From Calditrichia bacterium (lineage in GTDB: Bacteria > Calditrichota > Calditrichia > JAJRVZ01), in assembly GCA_963777955.1 (NCBI GenBank), contig CAVZSQ010000019.1, forward strand, positions 416,001 to 480,000: a stretch of 64,000 nucleotides of DNA, given 5' to 3'. Shown one piece after another: positions 1 through 9,961 of this stretch (the first letter of the stretch is position 1; the number at the start of each line of letters is the position of its first letter). The position numbers and the translations under genes were made by a program. The notes under the pieces are model-generated. The model was not told the DNA's origin, ran no database searches, and saw nothing but the letters and a program-made list of their open reading frames with translations.

Positions 1-64
1 CTGTTTAATTTAGATTGAATTCCTTTGCTTAATAAAAACTTTATATTAATTATACAATCAGATA

Positions 65-1420
65 TTAATTTATATTATATTTTTTCAGCTTGGACATAAA
101 CGTACTGCGGTGCATTTTCAGATACTGGGCTGTCTTGACCTTATTGCCGCGGTTTTTTTCCAGTTCCGCAAGAATCAATTTCCTTTCGAATTCCTCCACT
201 ACCGGCATTAATCCATTACTGGTATCATACTCGATGCCCGGCACCCGGGAACGGGCGATGGTATCAGGAAAATCAGCCTGGCTGATGATACCGTTTTTAT
301 TCAGTACGATAGACCTTTCCAGGTAATTTTCCAGTTCGCGGATGTTGCCCGGCCAGTCATACCCTTCCAGGGCCGTCAGTACACCTTCTTCCACTTTATT
401 GATTTTCTTCTTATGTATTTTTTCAAATTTTTCTATGAAATGATCGGTCAATAACTCGATATCACCTTGCCGCTCACGCAGGGGCGGAACGGTAATGGGT
501 ATCACATTCAGACGATAAAAAAGATCCTGGCGGAACTTACCATCACGGATCCGCTCTTCCAGATTCACATTGGTGGCGGCGATGATGCGTACGTCAACCT
601 TGATGGTTTCCGTACCCCCTACCCGTTCAAATTCGCCTTCCTGCAGAACCCGCAGCAATTTTACCTGCATATTGGGCGAGATCTCGCCGATCTCGTCCAG
701 GAACAGTGTGCCGCCGTTGGCCAGTTCAAACCGGCCGATCTTATCCTTGATCGCTCCGGTAAAGGCGCCTTTCACATGACCGAATAATTCAGATTCCAGC
801 AGGGTCTCGGCTAAAACGCCGCAATTTAATTTGATGAACGGTTTATTCACATTCGGACTGTTAAAATGAATGGCATTGGCAATTAGTTCTTTACCGGTAC
901 CGTTTTCGCCCTGGATCAGGACGGTAGTATTGGTCGGTGCTACATCCTGGATCAGTTTGAATAATTCCATAATCTTGACGCTTTTACCAATGATATTTTT
1001 AATACTGAACTGGGTGGCCAGCCGGCTGCGCAAATATTCATTCTCCTTAACCAGGCTGCGTAACTGGGCTATGGTTTCCACTTTGGCCAGGATCTCATCA
1101 AGCCGCAACGGTTTCAGAATATAGTCTTTGGCCCCCATTTTAATCGCTTCCACGGCCGCTTCAATGGTACCATGCGCCGTAACCATGATGACCGGGATAT
1201 GGGGATAGCGTTTGCTCAACTCGGCCAGCAGTTGCGTACCATCCATTTCCGGCATACGGATATCGGTGATTACCATGTCCGGTTCATCTTCCTGGATCTG
1301 CTTCAGAGCTTCCAGACCATTGGTGGCAGTAACCGGTTTATAACCCTTATTCTCAAACAACTCTTCCATCAAGGCCAGAGCGTCCACGTCATCATCAACG
1401 ATTAAAATTTTTGTTTTCAA
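65..1420 (-). CDS. Sigma54-dependent response regulator (NtrC/AtoC family; REC-AAA+-HTH)
   Basis: Receiver ILIVDDD/TDIRMP, Walker A GENGTGKE, ESELFGHVKGAFTGA, LFLDEIGE, WPGNIRELEN, C-terminal Fis-type HTH; TTG start. Confidence 0.95.
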   Translation of the reverse strand: MKTKILIVDDDVDALALMEELFENKGYKPVTATNGLEALKQIQEDEPDMVITDIRMPEMDGTQLLAELSKRYPHIPVIMVTAHGTIEAAVEAIKMGAKDYILKPLRLDEILAKVETIAQLRSLVKENEYLRSRLATQFSIKNIIGKSVKIMELFKLIQDVAPTNTTVLIQGENGTGKELIANAIHFNSPNVNKPFIKLNCGVLAETLLESELFGHVKGAFTGAIKDKIGRFELANGGTLFLDEIGEISPNMQVKLLRVLQEGEFERVGGTETIKVDVRIIAATNVNLEERIRDGKFRQDLFYRLNVIPITVPPLRERQGDIELLTDHFIEKFEKIHKKKINKVEEGVLTALEGYDWPGNIRELENYLERSIVLNKNGIISQADFPDTIARSRVPGIEYDTSNGLMPVVEEFERKLILAELEKNRGNKVKTAQYLKMHRSTFMSKLKKYNIN

Positions 1421-1478
1421 GTTACAATACCTCGTTCATATTTTATACTCTTTTCATTTACCCTTTCGCCACACACCC

Positions 1479-1518
1479 CGCCCCGACCGGTCGGGGCACC
1501 CCTCTCCAGAGGGGAAAT
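1479..1518. repeat. Two short GC-rich palindromes (REP-like)
   Basis: GCCCCGACCGGTCGGGGC followed by CCCCTCTCCAGAGGGG. Confidence 0.5.
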
Positions 1519-1561
1519 CCCTTTCGTTTTTCTAAGGTACTCAGGGACTTAGGAACTCAGC

Positions 1562-1585
1562 GGGCAGGTCACGACCTGCCCCTAC
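1562..1585 (-). repeat. GTAG-type REP palindrome
   Basis: Minus strand GTAGGGGCAGGTCGTGACCTGCCC; contains the gltX TGA stop. Confidence 0.75.
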
Positions 1586-3041
1586 TTTGTAACTCTGTGC
1601 CCTTGTCCCTTTGTCCCTTGATGTAATCCACCGCCTTAGCGATTCGATGTATTACCTTCCTGCGTCCCAGGACCTCTATAACTTCAAATATTCCCGGACT
1701 GCTGGAGTGACCAATTAAAGCCAGACGCAAAGGATGAATTACCTGGCCGGCACTCATATTCTGTTTTTCTGCAAACTGGCGTATGTTTTTTTCCAGCTGC
1801 TCTGCCCGGAATGATACTGACCCGTTAAGAACATCGGACAGTTGAATTAAAAGATCTGCAGCTCCGGCCACGGTAAAATATTTCTGTACGGCAGCCTGCT
1901 CATAGTCATCAGGATCCGAAAAATAAAAACGGCTTCCCTCCAGGAAATCGAGCAGAGTACGGGATCTTGGTTTTAACAGACCAAGTAATAACAAAAATGA
2001 ATCCTTGTTATCCTCGATCTCCCCTTTTTCAACAGAACTTAAGCGGTTGTTTATCTTAGCAAGTATTTCCAAAGCGGACAGACTGGACAGGTATTTAGCA
2101 TTCATCCAGATCAATTTTTGCTGATCGAAAACCGTATTTGCTTTATTAATCCGATCAAGAGAAAACCGCCGCAGGATTTCCTCTCTGGACATAATCTCCG
2201 TGTCGTCACCCGGCGACCAGCCCAGCAGACATAAGTAATTGAATAGGGCCTCCGGCAGAATGCCTCTTTCTTGAAATTCTTCGACCGAGGTTGCACCATG
2301 TCGCTTGGAAAGCCGCTGTCTGTCGGAACCCAGTATCAATGGCAAGTGGCTGAATTGTGGTACTTTCCAGTTCAGCGCCCGGTAAATATGTATCTGCTTG
2401 GGAGTATTAGAGAGATGATCATCACCCCGCAAAACATGCGTCACACCCATGTCGTGGTCGTCCACCACTACAGCAAGTTGATAAACTGGAGTTCCATCTG
2501 AACGCAAAAGTACAAAATCATCTAATTCTGTATTCTTTATGGTGATTTCTCCATGTACCCCGTCGGTAAATCTTGTTATTCCCGTTGGCAACTTTATTCT
2601 GACGACTGCCGGGAGTTGCCGGTTAAAATTCTGGCGGACTTCGTCCCGGCTCAAATTCCGGCAGCGACCATCATAGAGATACGTTTTCTGTTCTGGTTTA
2701 TCAGTGCCTTCTTCTGTTTTCTCTTTTGAACAGAAGCAATAATATGCTTTACCCATTTTAATCAGCTTCATAGCGGCCTGATGATGACCCTTAAGACGGG
2801 TACTTTGGAATAGAGGCGGGCCATCCCAGGAAATACCTAACCACTGTAAACTTGAAATAATCTGCTGCACATATTCCAAAGTTGATCGCTGGCTGTCCGT
2901 GTCTTCTACTCTTAGTAAAAATTTTCCCCCTTCTTTTTTGGCCAGCAACCAGTTAAAGATGGCAGTTCTTGCTCCACCTACATGTAAGAATCCTGTCGGA
3001 CTTGGTGCAAAACGATAAATTGGTCTCAGATTTTTGTTCAT
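1569..3041 (-). CDS. gltX: Glutamate--tRNA ligase
   Basis: RFAPSPTGFLHVGGART (HIGH motif), LSKRHG (KMSKS motif), anticodon-domain PLRLALIG..SPGIFE. Confidence 0.97.
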   Translation of the reverse strand: MNKNLRPIYRFAPSPTGFLHVGGARTAIFNWLLAKKEGGKFLLRVEDTDSQRSTLEYVQQIISSLQWLGISWDGPPLFQSTRLKGHHQAAMKLIKMGKAYYCFCSKEKTEEGTDKPEQKTYLYDGRCRNLSRDEVRQNFNRQLPAVVRIKLPTGITRFTDGVHGEITIKNTELDDFVLLRSDGTPVYQLAVVVDDHDMGVTHVLRGDDHLSNTPKQIHIYRALNWKVPQFSHLPLILGSDRQRLSKRHGATSVEEFQERGILPEALFNYLCLLGWSPGDDTEIMSREEILRRFSLDRINKANTVFDQQKLIWMNAKYLSSLSALEILAKINNRLSSVEKGEIEDNKDSFLLLLGLLKPRSRTLLDFLEGSRFYFSDPDDYEQAAVQKYFTVAGAADLLIQLSDVLNGSVSFRAEQLEKNIRQFAEKQNMSAGQVIHPLRLALIGHSSSPGIFEVIEVLGRRKVIHRIAKAVDYIKGQRDKGTELQSRGRS

Positions 3042-3303
3042 ATTGCAAAAAATTGATGAAATTTTGGACAGTTAGAACAACGATGTATAAAATTCAGACA
3101 GAATTTAAGCGAATATGTACAATATTGCAAGTGATGCTTTAAATATTGCTTGGCCGGTAATTCGATATTTGATTTGACTAATTTTGAAACCGTGACAAAA
3201 ATAGTGTGAAGATTATATTCGTATTTCCTATATTAAAACAAAATAAGATTGAGTCTGATCTGTCGTCACACAATAGAAACAGGGACACTGTTATAACGAT
3301 TCT

Positions 3304-5415
3304 ATGGCCCGGGACAAACGCGAACAACTTCTCGAAGTAATTCAGCCATCATTCAAAATATCCCGCGGATTGCCATTACCCTTTGGACCCAGCATAACCC
3401 GCGCAGGGATCAACTTTGCAGTATTCTCCAAGAATGCCACCCAGGTTACGTTGGTAATCTTCACGGCTCAGGCAAAAAATCCCCTGCTGGAAATTCCTCT
3501 GGATCCGCGATTCAATAAAACAGGTGATGTCTGGCATGTCCATATTTCCGGATTAGATCCCGGTATTGAATACGGTTATCGTGTCAACCGTGAACCTAAT
3601 GGTCCACCCCACCTGCACCGATATGATTCCGATCTTATTTTAATCGATCCTTACACTAAAGCCCTTTCCGGCAGCCACAAATGGGGGGAACAAATACTCT
3701 CCGCTCGGCACAGGCAAACTCACCGTCATTCTTTAATCGCCCGGGATAATTATGACTGGGAAGATGACCAGCCCCTGAATATTCCTCTGGCCGACTCGAT
3801 TATTTATGAATTGCATGTACGTGGATTTACCCGGCATCCCACGGCTGAGGTCAGGCAGCCGGGGACTTTTCAGGGCCTGATTGAAAAAATACCCTATCTG
3901 CAGGAACTGGGTATTACCGCAGTTGAACTTCTGCCGATTAATGAATTTGATGAAACTCACAACGATAAGGTAAATCCTCTCACCGCTAAACCACTGCTGC
4001 AATTCTGGGGGTACGATTCCATTGCATTTTTTGCCCCGAAGTCTTCCTATGCAGTCGACGATAAACAGGGCCATCAGATCAGTGAATTCAAAGATATGGT
4101 CAAAGCATTGCATCAGGCCGGGATCGAGGTAATTCTGGATATTGTCTTTAATCATACTGCTGAGGGGGGAGCCCAGGGGACCACTTTTTCTTTTCGCGGT
4201 TTGGATAACTCCATTTATTATATGATTGACAAGGAAACAGGTCAATATCATAATTTTTCCGGCTGCGGAAATACTCTGAATTGCAACCACCCGGTGGTCC
4301 GCGACTTAATTCTTGATTGTTTGCGCTACTGGGTAGTGGAGATGCATGTGGACGGTTTTCGATTTGACCTGGCCGCAATTCTGGGACGGGGTCAGGATGG
4401 TACGTTATTAGCCAATCCTCCTTTGCTGGAGCATATTGCTGCCGATCCGGTACTGGCTAACACCAAAATTATTGCCGAAGCATGGGATGCCGCCGGACTG
4501 TTTCAGGTTGGTTCTTTTCCGGCCTGGCAGCGCTGGGCCGAGTGGAACAGCAAATTCCGTGATGACATTCGGCGTTATGTCCGCGGTGAAAGGGGGCTGG
4601 CCGGTGTATTAGCCACACGTTTAGCCGGCAGTTCAGACCTGTATCAGCAGAGCGGCCGGGCTCCTTACCACAGCATTAATTTCATCACCTGTCATGATGG
4701 CTTCACCCTTTTTGATCTGGTCTCTTATAACCATAAATACAACATTGAAAATGGTGAAAACAACCGCGATGGCAGTGATCAAAATTTCAGTTGGAATTGC
4801 GGTAAAGAAGGACCATCCAGTCATCCCCGTATTACTGCACTGCGCAAACAGCAGATAAAAAACATGTCGTTATTGTTATTACTTGCTCAGGGCGTCCCCA
4901 TGTTGCTGGCCGGTGATGAAATGGGGCGAACGCAAAAAGGAAATAACAACGCTTACTGCCAGGACAATGAAATCAGCTGGCTCAACTGGGAGTTACTGGA
5001 AGAGAATAAGGATCTGTTTCATTTTTTCAAAAATGCCATACTTTTCCGCAAGAATCATCCTGCTTTGCGCCGCCGCACTTTTTTTAGTGCTGATCCGGAT
5101 GGGGGATGTGATATTTCCTGGCATGGTCTTGAATTGAACAAACCGGATTGGGGCAAAAGCTCGCGCTGTCTTGCTTTTCAGCTGACTCCTTACCATGAAG
5201 ATAAAGGCCATATTTATATCATATCAAATGCCGGTATCAAAGCACAGACTTTTCAACTGCCGCCAACCGGAACAAACGACCGCTGGTACCGGGTAGCCGA
5301 CACTGCTGTCAAATATCCTGATGATTTTTATAAGGCAGGACATGAAAAAAGGCTGGATAAACCTGCGGAATATCACGCCCAACCCAGGTCTACGGTACTT
5401 TTAATATCGAAATAA
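3304..5415 (+). CDS. glgX: Glycogen debranching enzyme/isoamylase (GH13)
   Basis: IIYELHVRGFT, DIVFNHTAEG, VDGFRFDLA, AEAWD, NFITCHDGFTL, GNNNAYCQDNEISW. Confidence 0.96.
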   Translation: MARDKREQLLEVIQPSFKISRGLPLPFGPSITRAGINFAVFSKNATQVTLVIFTAQAKNPLLEIPLDPRFNKTGDVWHVHISGLDPGIEYGYRVNREPNGPPHLHRYDSDLILIDPYTKALSGSHKWGEQILSARHRQTHRHSLIARDNYDWEDDQPLNIPLADSIIYELHVRGFTRHPTAEVRQPGTFQGLIEKIPYLQELGITAVELLPINEFDETHNDKVNPLTAKPLLQFWGYDSIAFFAPKSSYAVDDKQGHQISEFKDMVKALHQAGIEVILDIVFNHTAEGGAQGTTFSFRGLDNSIYYMIDKETGQYHNFSGCGNTLNCNHPVVRDLILDCLRYWVVEMHVDGFRFDLAAILGRGQDGTLLANPPLLEHIAADPVLANTKIIAEAWDAAGLFQVGSFPAWQRWAEWNSKFRDDIRRYVRGERGLAGVLATRLAGSSDLYQQSGRAPYHSINFITCHDGFTLFDLVSYNHKYNIENGENNRDGSDQNFSWNCGKEGPSSHPRITALRKQQIKNMSLLLLLAQGVPMLLAGDEMGRTQKGNNNAYCQDNEISWLNWELLEENKDLFHFFKNAILFRKNHPALRRRTFFSADPDGGCDISWHGLELNKPDWGKSSRCLAFQLTPYHEDKGHIYIISNAGIKAQTFQLPPTGTNDRWYRVADTAVKYPDDFYKAGHEKRLDKPAEYHAQPRSTVLLISK

Positions 5416-5430
5416 AATTCAACCCGGTAC

Positions 5431-5483
5431 CCGCAGATCAAGGATCTGCGCCTTCACGGTTGCCGACTTATGTCTGCGGCTAC
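5431..5483. repeat. REP-like hairpins between converging genes, possibly a terminator
   Basis: CGCAGATC-AAG-GATCTGCG and a degenerate element ending GCGGCTAC. Confidence 0.45.
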
Positions 5484-5488
5484 TTTCT

Positions 5489-6580
5489 TTATTTTCGTCG
5501 CCAATAATATTTTTTCAACAACGCGAATTCCTGTTCAAAATTTGGTGTAAACACCTGCCGGCCCAGATTTGCTTCTATCTCCTGGATTTTCCAGAACCGT
5601 CCAACCTCGATTTCTTCCCGGTTAATTTTAAATGGACCGTTATTGACCAGGCGGAAGGTATACACCAGTTCACTCTCAAAGTTATTGCGCATTATATATC
5701 TGTACAAAGTCTGAAAATTACCTTTGGATATACCCAATTCTTCGGCTGCCTCCCGCTGCAGAGCCGTATTCAGATCTTCACCGGCATGTATATGGCCACC
5801 CACCGCGGTGTCCCATTTGCCTGGTTGAACATCTTTGTTCCTGGATCGTTTTTGCAGGAATAACTGCCCATTATGGTCGAAGACATGTAAATGTACCACC
5901 GGATGCAGTAAATTTGGGTTGCCATGCACTGCGCTGCGCGGTGCTTTACCGATCACTTTTCCTTCCGGTGTGACCAGATCGAACCATTCTTCCCCTGCCC
6001 TGACAATAAAACCACCTGAACCGCCTTTAAAAAAACGGGTATAGATAAATTGGCCGGCCAGGATCAGGCCAAAAACGATATAAAACAGTCCGCCGGAGAT
6101 GAATCCCCATGCTTCCTTACTCATGAAATAGGCAGAATAAACAATTAATCCTGTATGCAGCAACAATATTATAAACAGCAACCGGGATAACTGCCGCATC
6201 ATCTTCAACTGCAGGTCGTTGACGGTCAGATCCTTCATGTATCTTTTACTCACCATCAACAGCACAGGAGTGTTGGAGAAACCATGTACTCCCAGCATTA
6301 TGACCAGAATTAGTTCAATCAGCGCCGGTTTTAGTTTAAAGAAAATATCATTATCGAGCAGAATCGAGATTCCGCCCATGAGGATAATCAGACCCACATC
6401 AAACAAAACGAATCCTTCTACCTGACGAAAGCGGATATAATAGTATAAAAATTCGATCAGACCGGTCACCACGGCAGTAATTAAACCAATCCTGGTACCG
6501 AAAAATTCGTCGGCCAGAATAAATACCAGCAAGGGGATGAAACCCACTGTAAAGTTTTTAAGCAGAGATTTTTTATCCAT
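5489..6580 (-). CDS. YciB/IspZ-like membrane domain fused to a NUDIX hydrolase (YfcD/IDI-like)
   Basis: N-terminal TMs with DIFFKLKP motif; C-terminal LFLQKRS..KD..PGKWDTAVGGH..AGE..ALQREAAEELG Nudix box; start could be 6592. Confidence 0.8.
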   Translation of the reverse strand: MDKKSLLKNFTVGFIPLLVFILADEFFGTRIGLITAVVTGLIEFLYYYIRFRQVEGFVLFDVGLIILMGGISILLDNDIFFKLKPALIELILVIMLGVHGFSNTPVLLMVSKRYMKDLTVNDLQLKMMRQLSRLLFIILLLHTGLIVYSAYFMSKEAWGFISGGLFYIVFGLILAGQFIYTRFFKGGSGGFIVRAGEEWFDLVTPEGKVIGKAPRSAVHGNPNLLHPVVHLHVFDHNGQLFLQKRSRNKDVQPGKWDTAVGGHIHAGEDLNTALQREAAEELGISKGNFQTLYRYIMRNNFESELVYTFRLVNNGPFKINREEIEVGRFWKIQEIEANLGRQVFTPNFEQEFALLKKYYWRRK

Positions 6581-6797
6581 AATCCGGGTCAATAATGATT
6601 AACAGAATATAGAAGTTATCGTTACTTGATGCAACCACCCTGTCCTTTTAGGCGACAGACCGGAATATTTTTAGCAATCTGCTCGTCCAATCAGTTAAAG
6701 TACATTTTCTGCTTAAAAACTTAAAAGATACGGAAATTAGATTTGTGCCCGTAATTAAATATTACTATATTTAATGTTTGATACTGTGTTTATGTGA

Positions 6798-9700
6798 TTG
6801 TGGGGAATTTTATTGATTGCCATCAATATCAAGGAACTGCGCGAAAGGATTCCCGAAATCATTTTCAAGCAGGGCCTCGATTATTATAAACAGGGCCGGG
6901 TTAAAATCACCAATCGCGATCATTCTTCGGTAATCGCTTCGGTGCAGGGTACCAACCTGTATATTGTACGTCTGACTGCCGACACCCGTCTGTTTGAATC
7001 GGTCTGTACCTGTCCGCATAAATATATCTGCAAGCATGCCGTAGCCGTGGCTCTGGCTGTTATTGAAGATCATGTGCGGGACAGCGAGTTGATTTCAGAT
7101 TCAAACTGGCGCGAATATTTCGAGAAACAGATAGCCATCCAGCGGGTGAATTCCGAGTTTTCCCAGGAAGTACGCTGGAAATTGATCTATGTCATCCATG
7201 TTCTGGAAAATTACTGGAATCTGAAACCGATCAAAGTGTACATGAAAAAAGACGGGACCTACGGCCGGCTGCAGGAACCTTCTTACAGCGAACTATCCAA
7301 ACAAAATGTATTTAATACTTCCAGTGATCTGATCGTGATCTCCTACCTGGAACGCTTACAATCATTACAATCCAATACATACTACCGGGGACGCCTGGAA
7401 GCATCGTATCTTAATTTTGGCCTGGATGCCGGCGAAATATTTAATCTGTTACGCAACAGTGAGATCCATCTCAAAAACGAAGACGGCTCGATCGGACAAC
7501 GGATCCGTTACGGGAAAAAATCATGGCGGCTGGTATTCCGCCTGGAAGAAAATAATTCCCACTATTCTTTTCATCCCTATTTTTTACGTGACCAGGACCA
7601 GATCAGACTGGATCGGCAGATTAAAATTCTGACCACCCGCCCCATCTGGTTTTATAAGGATGGTGAACTGCATACGGCAAATTTCCCCTTTGATTATTCA
7701 TATGTTAAATCATTCAGTGAAGAAGAAATGAAGATTTCTTTTTCCAAAGATGAATATCAACTGTTTATCTCCGATTTCCTGGCCAAACTGCCTATCTTTC
7801 CCTATCTGGAGTTCCCGGAAGGGATCGCTGTTCAGGAATTAACCCAGGTGTCCGGAAAACGGATTTATCTGGAAGAGATGGATGAACAGCTGGTTGTATC
7901 TTTATCTATTCTGTATAATAATGTGGAAGTTTCGTTTAATCAGAACAACGAGCAATTCCTGCATTACGACAAGAAAACCAATCATATCATACGTATCCGC
8001 CGGCGGCGCGAAGTAGAGGAGAAAATTCGCGACGAGGTCGTCGCCAGCAGTATCATCGAGGATACCCCGGGATTATTTTATGCGAATTACGAAGCGGCCC
8101 TGGACTGGTTATTTGACGGTTTACCCAAACTGGTGCAGGCGGGGTTCGAGGTGATGGGTGAAGAGAGTTTAGTGCGCTTCCGGGTTCGACGACACAAACC
8201 GACTATCAGTACCTCGTTTTCTTCCGAAACCGATTGGTTCGATTTACATCTGGAAATCGATTTTGATGGAGTCAGTCTGACACTGGCCGAACTTAAGAAA
8301 GCCCTGCAAAAACAGAAAAGATATGTCCGGCTGCGTGACGGCAGCATTGCCCGACTTCCGGAAAGACTGATCCAGAAATTTCAGTACCTGATTGAATTCG
8401 GCCAGACCAATGAAAAATCAATCCGCTTGCGCGATCATCATCTTTCCTTTGTCGACCGCCTGCTGACCGAATCCGAGCACAAACAATACGACGAAGTCAG
8501 TCAAAGCAAACTGAAAAAACTGGATGACTTCAGCAAAATAAAGAGCTACAACTTGCCTAAGAATCTGAAGGGTGAGTTGCGCGATTACCAGCGCGCAGGT
8601 TTCAACTGGTTAAATTTCCTGAAGGAATTCGCTTTTGGCGGAGTGCTGGCTGATGATATGGGTCTCGGAAAAACGGTGCAGGCTCTGGCTCTGGTTCAAA
8701 ATGAAATTAATAAAAATAAAATTCCGATTCTGATCGTGGCCCCTACTTCCGTGCTGTTCAACTGGCAGCGGGAAATTGAAAAATTTACTCCGGGCATCGA
8801 TTATATCCTGCATTACGGCACCAAACGCACCCGTGATGTAAGACGACTGCGTAAAAAACCATTGATCCTTACTACTTACGGACATTTGCGCCGGGATATA
8901 TCTTTCCTGTCGGAAATCGATTTTCATTATGTAGTACTGGATGAATCCCAGAACATCAAGAATCCACAGTCCGATACAGCCCAGGCTGCGCGGAATTTAC
9001 TGGCTAAAAACCGTCTGGCGCTGACCGGAACTCCGATCGAAAACAATACCATGGAATTATGGTCGCAATTTTCTTTTCTCAGTCCCGGCCTGCTGGGAAA
9101 CCAGAATTTCTTTAAGGATAACTTTATGCGGCCGATCGAAAAGGAACAAAACAATGACGTGGCCGCCACACTGAAACGACTGATTTTTCCCTTTATCCTC
9201 AGGCGCACCAAGGAAGAGGTGGTAAAGGAACTACCGCCCAAAGTGGAAAACATAATCTTTTCACCAATGAGTGAAGCACAACAGAAAATATATGATCAGG
9301 TCCGCGATACTTTTCGCAATACGATCATTTCCGAAATTGAATCCAAAGGCCTGGATAAAACCAAGATGCGTATACTGGAAGGATTGACCAAACTGCGCCA
9401 GGTATCCTGCCATCCCCAGCTGGTCGATGCAACATTTCAGGACGAGGCCGGAAAGTTTGAAGCACTGAAGTTGATGATCGACGAAATCATATCGGAAAAT
9501 CATAAGGTGCTGGTTTTTTCACAGTTTGTACGCATGCTGACCATCATCCGCGAATATCTTGAAGAACAGGCCATTGATTATGCCTACCTGGACGGATCAA
9601 CCAGGGACCGGGCCGCGGTGGTAGACAAGTTCCAGGATGAAAATGATGTGCGGATTTTTCTGATCAGCCTGAAAGCCGGTGGCTTTGGTTTGAATTTAAC

Positions 9701-9953
9701 CGCGGCCGATTATGTTATCCATTACGATCCCTGGTGGAATCCGGCAGTGGAGATGCAGGCCAGCGACCGGGCCCACCGCATCGGTCAAACGAAAAAGGTT
9801 TTTACCTATAAGTTAATCGCCAAGGATTCGGTAGAAGAAAAAATTTTGGCTTTACAGCAGCATAAGAAGGAACTGGTCAAACAGATCATTACTACCGAAG
9901 GCGGATTCTTCAAATCCCTGACTAAAAATGACATCCTCAATCTATTTACATAA
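6798..9953 (+). CDS. SWIM zinc finger + SNF2 family helicase-like ATPase
   Basis: CTCPHKYICKH SWIM; LADDMGLGKT, LDESQNIKN, LTGTPIEN, SLKAGGFGLNLTAAD, QASDRAHRIGQ; exact start uncertain. Confidence 0.93.
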   Translation: MWGILLIAINIKELRERIPEIIFKQGLDYYKQGRVKITNRDHSSVIASVQGTNLYIVRLTADTRLFESVCTCPHKYICKHAVAVALAVIEDHVRDSELISDSNWREYFEKQIAIQRVNSEFSQEVRWKLIYVIHVLENYWNLKPIKVYMKKDGTYGRLQEPSYSELSKQNVFNTSSDLIVISYLERLQSLQSNTYYRGRLEASYLNFGLDAGEIFNLLRNSEIHLKNEDGSIGQRIRYGKKSWRLVFRLEENNSHYSFHPYFLRDQDQIRLDRQIKILTTRPIWFYKDGELHTANFPFDYSYVKSFSEEEMKISFSKDEYQLFISDFLAKLPIFPYLEFPEGIAVQELTQVSGKRIYLEEMDEQLVVSLSILYNNVEVSFNQNNEQFLHYDKKTNHIIRIRRRREVEEKIRDEVVASSIIEDTPGLFYANYEAALDWLFDGLPKLVQAGFEVMGEESLVRFRVRRHKPTISTSFSSETDWFDLHLEIDFDGVSLTLAELKKALQKQKRYVRLRDGSIARLPERLIQKFQYLIEFGQTNEKSIRLRDHHLSFVDRLLTESEHKQYDEVSQSKLKKLDDFSKIKSYNLPKNLKGELRDYQRAGFNWLNFLKEFAFGGVLADDMGLGKTVQALALVQNEINKNKIPILIVAPTSVLFNWQREIEKFTPGIDYILHYGTKRTRDVRRLRKKPLILTTYGHLRRDISFLSEIDFHYVVLDESQNIKNPQSDTAQAARNLLAKNRLALTGTPIENNTMELWSQFSFLSPGLLGNQNFFKDNFMRPIEKEQNNDVAATLKRLIFPFILRRTKEEVVKELPPKVENIIFSPMSEAQQKIYDQVRDTFRNTIISEIESKGLDKTKMRILEGLTKLRQVSCHPQLVDATFQDEAGKFEALKLMIDEIISENHKVLVFSQFVRMLTIIREYLEEQAIDYAYLDGSTRDRAAVVDKFQDENDVRIFLISLKAGGFGLNLTAADYVIHYDPWWNPAVEMQASDRAHRIGQTKKVFTYKLIAKDSVEEKILALQQHKKELVKQIITTEGGFFKSLTKNDILNLFT

Positions 9954-9961
9954 ATAATGCG

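Noticed and set aside
6798..9953. SNF2 gene as part of an anti-phage system
   Set aside because: SWIM-SNF2 is a widespread stand-alone architecture; no methylase, nuclease or other defence genes are adjacent.
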